Positions 39,401-51,012 of a stretch of DNA of 64,000 nt are shown here, in pieces; position 1 is the first letter of the stretch, and each line of letters opens with the position of its first letter. Source of the stretch: Schmidtea polychroa (lineage: Eukaryota). The stretch spans positions 128,132,397 to 128,196,396 of the forward strand of contig CM097887.1 of NCBI GenBank assembly GCA_044892525.1, given 5' to 3'. The position numbers and the translations under genes were made by a program. Under the pieces are notes generated by a model. It was not told the origin of the DNA. It saw only the letters and a program-made list of their open reading frames with translations, and ran no database searches.

Positions 39401-42400
39401 ATGCACGGCCTCAATTTCCCCAAATTTAGCAGGGATATTATAATACGAAACCTAGGTCAGCGGGAAAAGAAAATTACTAAAAATTTGAGTTAAAATTGGG
39501 TAAAATCAATTGAAATCTGGCGTAATTCTGTTGTTAACTCGAGGTAAGTAAGATATAGTGAACTTTCTAGTCCACAAATACTCTTGTCAAGGTCATTTAA
39601 GGTCAATATGATCAAGCTGACACTTCGAAATCATTTTTAAACCTAAATTACCCTTCTTAGATTTTGACTCTTAAACCACTCACTTTCAACCCTTAAATGA
39701 CTCTAAATCGAGCTTGCCCTTAAAATTCAACTCTTAAATCAACTTTTGGGGTTTAAAACTACCCTTTTAACCCTAGAACAATCTTGACTTTAAAATATGG
39801 TTCTAAAACTACCTTAAATGGCCTCGTCAATCGACCTTGACGGTAAATAACATATTACGTAATATCACCTGATATTGCATCATATAACCTTGCCGTATTA
39901 TGCAACACGTTTCTTAGGATATTATGCAATATGTGATGTTTATATTGTATGCGATGATGCTATGTAACATGGTGTTGATATATTATGCAATATGACCTTG
40001 GGTTATTGTGTAATATGGACTCAAATGACCTTGGCCTGTTATGCAATATGACCTGATATTGCATCATATAACCTTGACGTATTATGCAACACATTTCTTA
40101 TGATATTATGCAATATGTCATGTTTATACTGTATGCGATGATGCTATGTAACATGGTGTTGATATATTATGCAATATGACCTTGGCTTATTGTGTAATAT
40201 GGACTCAAATGACCTTGGCCTGTTATGCAATATGACCTGATATTGCATCATATAACCTTGACGTATTATGCAACACATTTCTTATGATATTATGCAATAT
40301 GTCATGTTTATACTGTATGTGATGATGCTATGTAACATGGTGTTGATATATTATGCAATATGACCTTGGCTTATTGTGTAATATGGACTCAAATGACCTT
40401 GGCCTGTTATGCAATATGACCTGATATTGCATCATATAACCTTGACGTATTATGCAACATATTTCTTATGATATTATGCAATATGTCATGTTTATACTGT
40501 ATGTGATGATGCTATGTAACATGGTGTTGATATATTATGCAATATGACCTTGGCTTATTGTGTAATATGGACTCAAATGACCTTGGCCTGTTATGCAATA
40601 TGACCTGATATTGCATCATATAACCTTGACGTATTATGCAACACATTTCTTATGATATTATGCAATATGTCATGTTTATACTGTATGTGATGATGCTATG
40701 TAACATGGTGTTGATATATTATGCAATATGACCTTGGCTTATTGTGTAATATGGACTCAAATGACCTTGGCCTGTTATGCAATATGACCTGATATTGCAT
40801 CATATAACCTTGACGTATTATGCAACACATTTCTTATGATATTATGCAATATGTCATGTTTATACTGTATGTGATGATGCTATGTAACATGGTGTTGATA
40901 TATTATGCAATATGACCTTGGCTTATTGTGTAATATGGACTCAAATGACCTTGGCCTGTTATGCAATATGACCTGATATTGCATCATATAACATTGACGT
41001 ATTATGCAACACATTTCTTATGATATTATGCAATATGTCATGTTTATACTGTATGCGATGATGCTATGTAACATGGTGTTGATATATTATGCAATATGAC
41101 CTTGGCTTATTGTGTAATATGGACTCAAATGACCTTGGCCTGTTATGCAATATGACCTGATATTGCATCATATAACCTTGACGTATTATGCAACACATTT
41201 CTTATGATATTATGCAATATGTCATGTTTATACTGTATGTGATGATGCTATGTAACATGGTGTTGATATATTATGCAATATGACCTTGGCTTATTGTGTA
41301 ATATGGACTCAAATGACCTTGGCCTGTTATGCAATATGACCTGATATTGCATCATATAACATTGACGTATTATGCAACACATTTCTTATGATATTATGCA
41401 ATATGTCATGTTTATACTGTATGCGATGATGCTATGTAACATGGTGTTGATATATTATGCAATATGACCTTGGCTTATTGTGTAATATGGACTCAAATGA
41501 CCTTGGCCTGTTATGTATTATGGCCTCAATGGGTATGCGAGTTAAAAACTCACTAATTTTTCCATTTCCCATGCATTAAAAACGAACTATTTTATTAAGT
41601 AAATGTTTAACCAAAGGATTTTAGGGTAATCGAGTTTTTACGCTGAACTTCATTACATCTTGACATTCATAGGAGCAAAGAAAAGTTAATAATTACATTA
41701 AAACAATTTTTAAATATTCTTAATTTTTAATTCTCCAATTACATACGTTTTCGAATCTCGAGCGAAGCCGAGTTAATTAGGTCGTCTACAAATAATAAAC
41801 TTCTAACTGACCTTTATTTTATACGATTCAAATTCCCTTTGAATCAATTGATTGTCACTTAAAGCCGAATCCAATCGCGATCTCAAATCGACCAATCGTA
41901 TGTCTTTATTTTTTGAAATGGTCTCCATCCTTTTCAATATCGAAGCATGACGATCGATCAATTTCTCTTTTTCATTTAACGCCTCACTGAGTTGAAATTT
42001 GATTTCTTCCAGCTGGTTGATCAACAATTCAATTTGCTCATGGTTAGAATTATTAATGGATTTTAAATCTACCATTTCATTCTTACACTCCGATAGTTCT
42101 CGTTTCGTTTTCACCAATAACTGTTTCATTTTGTTGCTTCGTTCCTCTAAAAACGTGTTCTGACTTTCTTTATTCATCAAATCGTCTTTTATTGAAAAAA
42201 TCAATCTGTCTTTCGATTGTAAAACCAATTCCATGTCTTCGATTTGTGAACTTTTAGACAGAAGTTGATTGTTTAAATTGACCAATGTCTTATCGAATTC
42301 CGCCATTTCCAATTTCATTAAATCATGACCGGAATTGTTTTGGATCTTTTCCAATTTTTCATTCAATGCTTGATTTTCTGTTATCAGATTGGTGGATTTG

Positions 42401-44664
42401 GTTTTGATGCTTTCCATTTCCAATTGATATTCATTGATTTGATTGGTCAGATTTCCCGATTCAGTTAATAGAGCTTTAACATGATCGATAATGACTGTTT
42501 CGATTGATATTCCGTCTATATCAAGCATTGTTGCCAGTTTTGCGATGATTTCCGTTAGATTAGAATTGGATTCTTTGTATGACAACAGTTCACTATTGAT
42601 TGTTTCAGATAGTTTATTGTTTTTTTCAAGATCAATCCTTAAGGTTTCAATTTCATTTTTATACTCGAAATTTTTTGATTGCAATTCGCTGATTTGCTGT
42701 TCAAAACTGTCATTGGTCAAGGAGTTTGATAAGTGATTAATTATTGCTTCCTTTTGAGCTATTAAATTGATATAGTTTTGTTTAATGTTTTCCATTTCTG
42801 TTTTCGTTTCATCGAGGGTTTGCCTCAGACTTATTGATTGGGTAAATGAATTTCTCACTTTATCAATAATAACAACATTCGCGCTTTGACCGGATTCGTC
42901 ATTTATACTCAATATTTCCTTGATATTTTCAATTAAACCTTGAAGATTGTTTTTTTCTATTAAAATATTCGCTTGGGTGTTTTCCATTGTTGATATATTT
43001 TCATTAATCGATTCAATTAATTGGTTTTTTTCCTCTAGGTTCTGTTGTAGCGATTCGAGTTCTTTTTGATGATTGTTTCGTTCTTGAATAATCTGATTAA
43101 GATTTTCGATTTTCAATTTACACGCGTCAAGTTGTTGGCTCAAATTTCCCAAATCAGTAATGCATTTATTTACATAATCAATAATAACATCGGGATTGGT
43201 GGAACAGTCGATATTCGTTATTTCTTCGAATTTGTGAATTAATTCTAGAAATTTCCCTTTTTCAACTTCATTTGCCAATTTCCTATTATTATATTTATCA
43301 AAATTGTCATGTGAGGTTTCGATTTCTCGACTGTCGTCGGTAGAGTTTACATGGGCATAATTTAGGTGGATTTCTTCGATATTTGTAATTCTTTGGTGAA
43401 TCTTAGCTAATTTTTTCAGTAATTCTTTCTCATTCTTTTGTAATCGTTCAATGTTTATCGTTAATAACTGCCGTTGATTATCGAATTCTTGGCAATACCG
43501 ACATTCATTCATAGTGCTTTCTTGTTGATATTTATCTAATAATTTCTGTAGTCTTTCAATTTCGTAAACTTTATCCGATGATTCTTTTTCATTTAATATT
43601 CGATGGGTTTCGAGATTTTGTTTCGCTTCTCTGTATTCTTCCATTAGATAACCTTCTTTCTCTTCATGTCGTTGTCTTAAATCGACCAAATCATTTTGCA
43701 ATTGATCTCTTTCGGTTTCTAGAGCTCTGGATATGTTTCTATTGTCTTCTATCAATTCTTCAAGTCGTTTGATTTGTTCGTCCTTTAAATCTATTTCCAA
43801 TTGTAACTCTTTGCGTTTATTTGAATCATCTTGATTTGCAATTATATTTTCCAAATCATTGCATTTAAAAATGATTTTGTCCAATCCATCTTGCAAAACA
43901 TTATTGGATTCGATTTGAGATTTGAATTGCGATACTAAACCCTTGAAACATCGTGCAATATTCTCTGAAAAAATGTTAAACTCTTCTTCATTTTCGTTTA
44001 ATAAATCTATTTGGAGATTTAAATGATCATCTTTAATGATTTCATTGAAATCCCGACAAATGTTAGCTTTAAATGTATTAATATTGCATAATAATTTCTC
44101 ATTATCCTGGCTCAATTCATTTATTTTCATTTCATTGCAGCGGGTTAAATGAGAAATTTCTTTACGTAATTTTTCATTTTCGTCAAAAACCTTTTCATTA
44201 AGTTGATCGTTTTCTTTTTGCTTGGTCAATTTATTTTCAAGAACTCTAAATGCATCTTCCAATACATCTTTATCTTCAATATCATTTGATATTTGTAAAT
44301 TATCATAAATCAGTTCAAGATGTTTAGTTAATTTATCGATCTTTTCATTTTTCTCACTCACAGATACTTCTAAATCTTCCAGTTTAAAATTTAAATTTAA
44401 TATGTTACCTTTCAACAAATGAATTTGATTTACGTAATCAGATTCACTATCTTGTAAAGAACCTATTGTTTCTGATAGCCTCTGAATTTGCTTTATTAAT
44501 AAATCATTTTCTTTAGATTTAGAATCATTATCAGCTTTAAGATCATTAATTATTTTCAAGTTTTCTTTGTTATTACGTTTTTCTTTAATTAATAAAAGCT
44601 TCAACTTTTTAATAGTTTCTTCGTCACTCAAATTATTTCGTAATGGAGAATCGGGTCTACTCAT
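24434..44664 (-). CDS. GCC2: GRIP and coiled-coil golgin, GCC2/GCC185-like, 7 exons, about 1354 aa
   Basis: Exons (minus) 44664-41812, 36182-35938, 32037-31849, 27109-26953, 26902-26744 (donor could alternatively be at 26765), 24940-24764, 24718-24434. All are GT-AG and phase-consistent (4065 nt). Motifs NKMKQLLVKTKRELS, EFESYKIK, GEGMETTS, HLTEILHDSEATASRLTEQAKILKEEIRRLE, GRIP domain EYLKNVIMKFL..ER.QLVPVI.TLL.L and tail GWYSYFNW parallel GCC185. Confidence 0.9.
25740..25940 (-). mobile_element. CR1/L2-like LINE 3' scrap
   Basis: RTRGVRGNRLKLTK resembles the TRGH.LKL motif at CR1 ORF2 C-termini. Short and degraded. Confidence 0.35.
28066..29095 (+). mobile_element. hATm-like transposon 5' remnant
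   Basis: TTAGGGTGGT terminus-like motif at about 28066. Frameshifted peptide KFPLIKLKSITRRVKNLLSEY...FPGIFDITC / KWLSGEDKQLYEKQ resembles the LFDI...WL..EDK.FY..Q N-terminus I recall from hATm-type transposases. Family label is tentative. Confidence 0.45.
29104..30492 (+). mobile_element. hAT Buster/Charlie-type transposon remnant
   Basis: Frameshifted KYDAEYIKYGFI...PFCMICLRSLSNESMVPSKLQRHLLTNH, KPHSDAE.II.P, ISLSSNTIQRKIEDMSKDI, CVSVCTDGAPS, LLLFGSSYQCELGFSVLTEIKSKKR. Right terminus GGTTTGACAGGCACTG is followed by CTCTAAAT (NNNTANNN). Large internal deletions. Confidence 0.88.
31621..31768. repeat. Long inverted repeat / foldback MITE
   Basis: 51-bp arms 31621-31671 and 31718-31768 are reverse complements with one mismatch. 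TTAA sits near both outer ends. Confidence 0.9.
32400..33132 (+). mobile_element. Retrotransposon gag-like remnant with two zinc knuckles
   Basis: CWACREEGNLRSVC and CNHCHKNGHFKHQC (CX2CX4HX4C, the first degenerate), split from the upstream ORF 32495-32854 by a frameshift. Confidence 0.65.
33309..35204 (+). mobile_element. Mutator-like (MULE) transposon, defective transposase
   Basis: 9-bp TSD TTAATTATA at 33300-33308 and 35205-35213. TIRs GGGAAAATTGAAAAAATAACACCC / reverse complement GCGATAATGGAAAAAATAACATCC, built of 30-bp repeats. ORF 33492-34508 has C.F.V.A..HTC, LLAYAIVESENLDSW, LMSDRDSGL, CCVRHLAKN. A broken SWIM finger CS*..GIPCKHLC and GRPR lie downstream. Confidence 0.93.
39865..41515. 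repeat. Tandem satellite, 9 x 184 bp, each unit built from about 20-bp subrepeats
   Basis: Units start at 39865, 40049, 40233, 40417, 40601, 40785, 40969, 41153, 41337 and are near-identical. Internal motif TATTATGCAATATGACCTT. Lies in GCC2 intron 1. Confidence 0.97.
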
Positions 44665-47600
44665 AATTTTAAGATATTGTATTTAAAAATATATTGAAAT
44701 GTGATTCTAAAATTAAAAATAATTAAAAGTATCCGGTATTAATAAATGTAAAAATTACAACGAAATTAAAATTTGATTAACAATGAAAATGAAAATTAAT
44801 AATTAATTTTAAAAATTTTAAATAAATATTAATTTTGTCATTCTATTTAACTTTAAATAAACAATTTAAACGTCATACGTAATTTGACAAATTTATATTA
44901 AAATTAATTTATTTTAATAAACCAATGTTAAATTCTATAAGTTGATGTTTTAATATTAATTGTACTATTATAAAAAATTTATTTCGTCGATGATATTGTA
45001 TTAGGCTACCAATTGGGAGGATACTAAATACATGTAGCAATTACTCAATAACATCTTCCTGGAATGCAGAGACTGTTAGATTTTTAAATTTTTTGATGTT
45101 TCGCCTTGTGTGAAGCATCTCTCAAACAGTATCTACCAAATCCAAATTGTTATTAATTACTTTTTGCAAAGGTTTTCATCCGGACTTTAATAATGTATGT
45201 TGGGGTAGAACTGGAAAATTCCGAATTTTTTTGAATTCGTCGGAAAAAACATAGCATGAAGACCTCACGAAGTCTCATCAAAATCTATGATTATACATCA
45301 AATAACCAAAAGTAAAGTAATCAACATTTTGATGACAAATAAACATGAATAATTACAATGATAAACGCAGGAAGTTACCGACATATTTAAGAGAGAAACA
45401 ACACATTCGAAACAATCCGCCAGTTCAAAAAGGAAGGTATAATAAATCAAATAACGAATTAGTGATTGGCAAAAACGAGACGAAATAATGCAATTATTCA
45501 AATAAAACGAGAAAAAATGCGGGAAAAATTACCGATTGGAATCATGACCAATCAAAATTAACATAGTAATTTAGAAATGGAAATTTTAACAATAATAAGC
45601 GAGATCATAATTAGAAATCGAAATTGTAATAAATGACCAGCAAAATAAAAATTAAAAATTGAAGTTATCATAAATGATAAGCAAATTAATATGATTGATA
45701 ATTAAAATTATAATAAATGATGAGATATAGCTGTTCCATTAGACATTGTCAAATTATTATTATTTTCTCATCACCTGAGCGGGACAATGAAGCTCAATTA
45801 TGTACCCTTACAGATTCGATTATCTTTTTTCTTTTGAAACATTTGAAATGTAAACATATTGAATATTGCTGGTAGATATTGAACGGAATGGCTGATTATG
45901 CCTCTTCAATCTTGTGAAAAATTCGACTTAATATGTGATAATGTTCGTATATCTAAAGTTAATGTTACTGCAGTAGTATAATAAATTCTCTTTGTTATTT
46001 ATTTTTCATTTTGATAATTTCCTTCTTCAATTGAAGAAAGTTAAATGAGGAAAGAGTGGCTGAGATGATTAATAGAAAACTGAACCTCAAGTTAGGATTT
46101 TCCGTCTTAAAGGAAAAGTGAATATTTGGACGTAGGACCTTCTAACGGAATTTAAGAACCCGTCAGAACTCAAAGGGGAATAGTTGTAAGATAGCAGCTT
46201 ACATGTACTTATTTTTCAACGACAGTGGGCAGCACAAACTTGACGGTTGTTATGGACACACTGATCGAAAACATCATTAGTCATGGGATTTACCCACAGA
46301 GCCAATGATCCAATAATTTATCTTATTTACCGTACACCTAAACGCCAAAAAAATACAGAAAAACAATACTTAAAAAAATGATTAAAAATATTTTAAAAAT
46401 ACAAATGCAATTTCAATAACGATTATAAACGATAGCTTAGAGATGGGAAAATAATAAGAAAGCAAAGTCGAAAAAACGAACTATCAGTATAAATATTTAA
46501 GAGGAAAGTTAGTGAAGATAGAAAAAATAAAATTTTAAAAATTAACGGAAAATGCTCGAGAAAGAATCACAGAGAAAAGAAGGGATAAAGAACAAGTAAT
46601 AAAAAGGACAAGTGATTTACAACCAAGGGTAAGGAGAGAATAGAGTGCTAAAATATTCAAAAAATTATATATTACGGTCCAAATTTGGGCAAAATTACCA
46701 AAATAGAATTTACAGTAAGAAAAAGGTAGGTACTGAATCTACAGCAGCTACCTGAAATTGCAGTGCTCAGAATGACACACTGAGTACTCACCTGAAAATA
46801 CATAGTAAACTTGGTAGAGTGGAAAAAAATTGATTGGATTCATTTTGTTTATGTTATATTTTAATTGTATGACATTAAAAATTATTCATGAACCACTATA
46901 CCCTCACTAGTCATTTTGATTTATATTTATTCTTTAAGATATTGTATTTGTTTTTATTCATTTTATGATTTTGTTGTTTGATTTATGTCATATTTTAGGA
47001 GGAAATACTCTTTGCTAGATCAGATATTTCTATATATTTCCAGCACCTTTCCTCAGATAATAAAGAAGAGAATGTTCTCCAAAGTTTCCATGCGCAAAAA
47101 AGTCAAAAAAAAGTCGAAAGTAATCAAAAGGCATACATTTCAAGTAATTAAAATGAAATTTTGTCCTACCATACTCGTTTAGATTCAAATATAAATACAA
47201 GTAAGTGTGATATTGATATGGCTGGTAGGCAAAACCGAGCAGTCTGTTCCTCAGTCCATTCTATCACTAACCCAATTTCTAAATGTGGCCCTTCGTGAGA
47301 AAGACTTAAATATAATATAAACTTGAAGAATATTTTCATAATGAGTAAGAAAAGAAAATCACTTATCACAAAGTCGGATATCGAAAAGCAGACAAACTAA
47401 AGATTTCCAGGATAAGTTCTAGTCGTATGTTTATCTGGATAAAAAATGTATTCAAAACACATATATTAATATTAATTGACAATATAAAGATTAAAAAGCG
47501 AAAGCGAACTTCAATAAATTTAATATACGTTTTCAATGTTCAACAGAAGCCGAAAATTTAATGTTCAAACTCAACTATACAAATGGAATTTCCACAAAAT

Positions 47601-48129
47601 TGTTGGGTATTCCCTATAAGTTGACTCACATGGTTTCAATAGTCTTGGAGACATTATGCGTTCATGGCTAAAATCCAACAATCCTCACGCTTGATTTTAC
47701 TTTGTCAACCCGTTGGAGACACCCACACGACTTTACAATCATACGATAAGGTGCCCATGGAAACTAATCCATGTTGGTCATGCCCCAAGTCGGCGAACTC
47801 TATAAGGCAGGTGAGCTGCTGCGGTACAACTACTCCCTTATAGCAATTCTCTGCGGGTTCTAGAGTGCCAGTAGAAGGTATTACCTCTCATAAATCATAA
47901 CTATTACCATCCAACTGGCCCTGATTGAAGATCATCAACACAATTTCAACCACGCGACTACAGTATTATCATCAATGGTCAATCATCTCAATCAAACTCA
48001 AGACCGACATTCCCACATACATTCAAGGAAGATGGATCGTAAACAACAAAATTTATATTGAATATTGTTAAAGGTGGTTATACTATATTAACGGATCACG
48101 GAAAGTTCAAACAATGTGAAGCACTCGAT

Positions 48130-48937
48130 TTACCCATAAGCGGTGTCGAATTTATGTGATTCATGGTGGAGGTTTGGGGTAGAAGATTCCCAAAATCCCT
48201 CCTCTTCGGCCTTCCGCATGAGTTGCTCGAGAACAAAATCGGCTTGGTTTTCTTCCATTCCACGGAAACTGCCAGCTGATACAATTCGATATGACGGACA
48301 TTTGGAGGACTCAATCACAGCATCCATATAGGCTGTTGCTTTGGCATGAGAAGCAACTAAGACGGCTTCTGACTCTGCCTGTTTTTCTCGTCCGCACTGT
48401 GTTCATTCCGCCCGCGTACGAGATTTTCGTTAAGGCTTTCCGGCTGCGACGGTTGGAGTGGGAGCCACAATAGGCTCCTGAGTGGCAACCGGAGCTACGC
48501 TAGTGCCGATGTAGATGACTTCGGGGTTTGACGGCGTACCCACATCGTCCACATGTCCCGAACATGGAACTCGTTTCGGGGAACTTACCCTTTTCTTCAA
48601 ATGGTGGCTGAGAAAGATGTTTCCTTGATCGATAGCCGAAGGTTCATTGATGCGGTTCTTAAGTTCCGAAGACGTATAAACCCGATGTAAGGCTCGAGAT
48701 TGTTCTCGCAAAAGGACTCGCTGCGACCAACTCTCTTCCAAGAGGCTGTCTAGGCAGTGTTCGAGCCGAAGTACTTTCCTGTTCGCTTCCTTCATCTGGA
48801 CGGGGGTGAACCATGTCCCCTCCAGATGGTCAATACGTTTTTTCAGGTGTTCGATTTCCAGTTGTAAGGTGCGCATCAACGCTTTCTTGTTTGCACAGGA
48901 AAAACACGGCCGTAAAAAAGAGCGGTTTGTATTGGGA
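48130..48937 (-). pseudogene. GC-rich unknown reading frame (CxxC + coiled coil + Pro/Thr/Val-rich linker) with two in-frame stops
   Basis: ORFs 48430-48879 and 48130-48327 share one frame (offset 102 nt), interrupted by TAA and TGA. The frame extends upstream to a TTTTAG acceptor-like site (RPCFSCANKKALMRTLQLEIEHLKKRIDHLE). No family recognised. Confidence 0.45.
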
Positions 48938-51012
48938 ACGGCGATATCTAAAATGAAATCATTACGAGTAAAATCAGTTTCGGTCGCATCAATTTATAGG
49001 TAGAAAGATTCAGACTAGTGTAGCTCATCTACTACTTCCTTGTCAATTTGTCCATCATACATCATGCGATTTACATACTCACAACGCCCCTGAATCAATC
49101 AGTGAGTCACCATATTCTCCATTCCTAAACCCCATTGACAATTGATTTAGCAAGCGGAAAGAGTATGTAATTTTTTTGTAGCCGATCTAATGCGAATAAT
49201 TGAGAATGGATGTGATTTGATTACAAGAGAGGATTGCGAAGGATAAATGAGGAATATGATGAGATATACAACAAATTTGGTATTTGTAAATGTCAAACAC
49301 AGATGAAACAATGCCAATCACGGATGAAACGATGCAAAATTAACCTGGCAAACCCTGTAATAATAATAATAATAATAAAATCGCTTGACCTTTAAATAAT
49401 ACTTTTCATCTCTTGAACTGATCTTATTGATCTATAAATCAATGTCAAGCTTACCATTAAATTTTGACCCTCAGCAAACCCATCAACTATAATCTACTTT
49501 GCCCGTACATTTGGGCTATTTAACCGATCATTCCGACTTGTAAATGATACTATATTGACATTTCTCTTTAAATCAGACCCTAAAAACTATCTTTATGACC
49601 TCTAAACAACTTTAAAATTACCTTGACAGGAAGATATGTAGTGCAAAACTTACAAAATACACTACAACAGATGTAAGCTAAGGGATAAAGAATGAATAAA
49701 ATTTAATTAAGAATAGATTTTTAATATGTCATATGTGTATATTTTATTTAATGAAAAAACTATTTGCCGAATTCTGCCAGGATTTAGTACAAACAAGGAA
49801 AGATCGGGATATGCAATGGTGCCGAGCCGAACGGAAATCGAGACAAAGTGGTTCAAGCCTGGTGAGATGAAGGGAGCTAAAATCTTTGTCAGCAGATAGA
49901 ACAAGACTGAATTGACATCCTTGCTCAGCACATATAGATTCACCTTCTAGAAACAAAAATTTGTCAACTGTAAGTCGATGATGAAGATATGAGTCGATTG
50001 CTCAGAACTGGAATGTAGATGAGATTTGAGACCATTAAGCGCGTAGCGGAAGTAGATTTAAGAAATGAAAATAAATAAATAAAGGAATCAGTTAAGAAAT
50101 CAGACCTAAACCTTCTAATGGTAATCTGTAAACCTGAGGCATGTCCAGGAAATAGTCACAGTTCCAGCATTGTTTATCAATAGTTGTCGAGTAGTGTGGG
50201 AATTATTTTTCTATTTCGTTAGAGAATTATGAATTTATATAGCTAAAAAATGTAAGTTAGTTTCTCATCAATCAATACTATTATATTTTTATCGATCTAC
50301 ATATTATTGTAATTATAATATAAATTGGCAAATAATTTTACTTCTGTGAATATTCTCCAGTTGTAAATAGTATTTAATTAATAAACTCAATTTTGAAGAA
50401 TACGTTTGTAAATTAATATTTGCTCGTCCTTACCTACTTGAAATATGAATATTTTTGTATTTTCCCAAAAATTATTTTAACAAAGTAAGAGATCGGCGAA
50501 AAAGTGGCTTGTACACAGGACGGCCAAGGACCCAGGACTGGCCCTGCAAAAATGCAAAATTAAAATAAATATGAAATCTCAGAAAATTTGTTTATTTACC
50601 CTGTTGAATATACAATCTGTGATTCACTGACATTACAAAAAAATTAGTTATGAAAATAATAAAGAATAACGCTACAGTTCTATCATACCACATCTAAAAA
50701 TTGTACTTTGATACTTCCATGTACTTTGGAGATAAAACAATAATTTAAATAATAAATAGTGATTAGTTATTGTCTAATTTCCACCTCTTTTTTGTAGATT
50801 CGAAGTGTTTTGGTTTTTTATTTGAATTAACATTTAAAGTCTTTATTGAATTTGTTTCTGATTAAGGACTTTGGTCAAATAGGTTTTGTTGTAAACTTTT
50901 ATATAAATATATCTAAAACATAAAACGCTCTCTTGTATATTTTAAATACTCGCAATACGTTTCCATTTGATAGTTGAAATTCGAATCATTACAAATAAGT
51001 CAGGATCATTAC

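Noticed and set aside
39865-41515. CRISPR-like array
   Set aside because: Units are near-identical along their whole length with no unique spacers, the context is a eukaryotic intron, and there are no cas genes.
42491-43772. Plus-strand ORFs 42491-42736 and 43578-43772 (likewise 35866-36180, 23856-24089, 24168-24470, 57753-58217, 62380-62562, 51601-51882, 52962-53165)
   Set aside because: Antisense shadows of real coding exons or of the transposase, with no independent motifs.
45095-45129. Hammerhead-ribozyme / Penelope-like motif on the minus strand (..GAGAGATGC-TTCACACAA-GGCGAAAC..)
   Set aside because: The CUGANGA core is not intact and I cannot build stems I and III. At most a decayed remnant.
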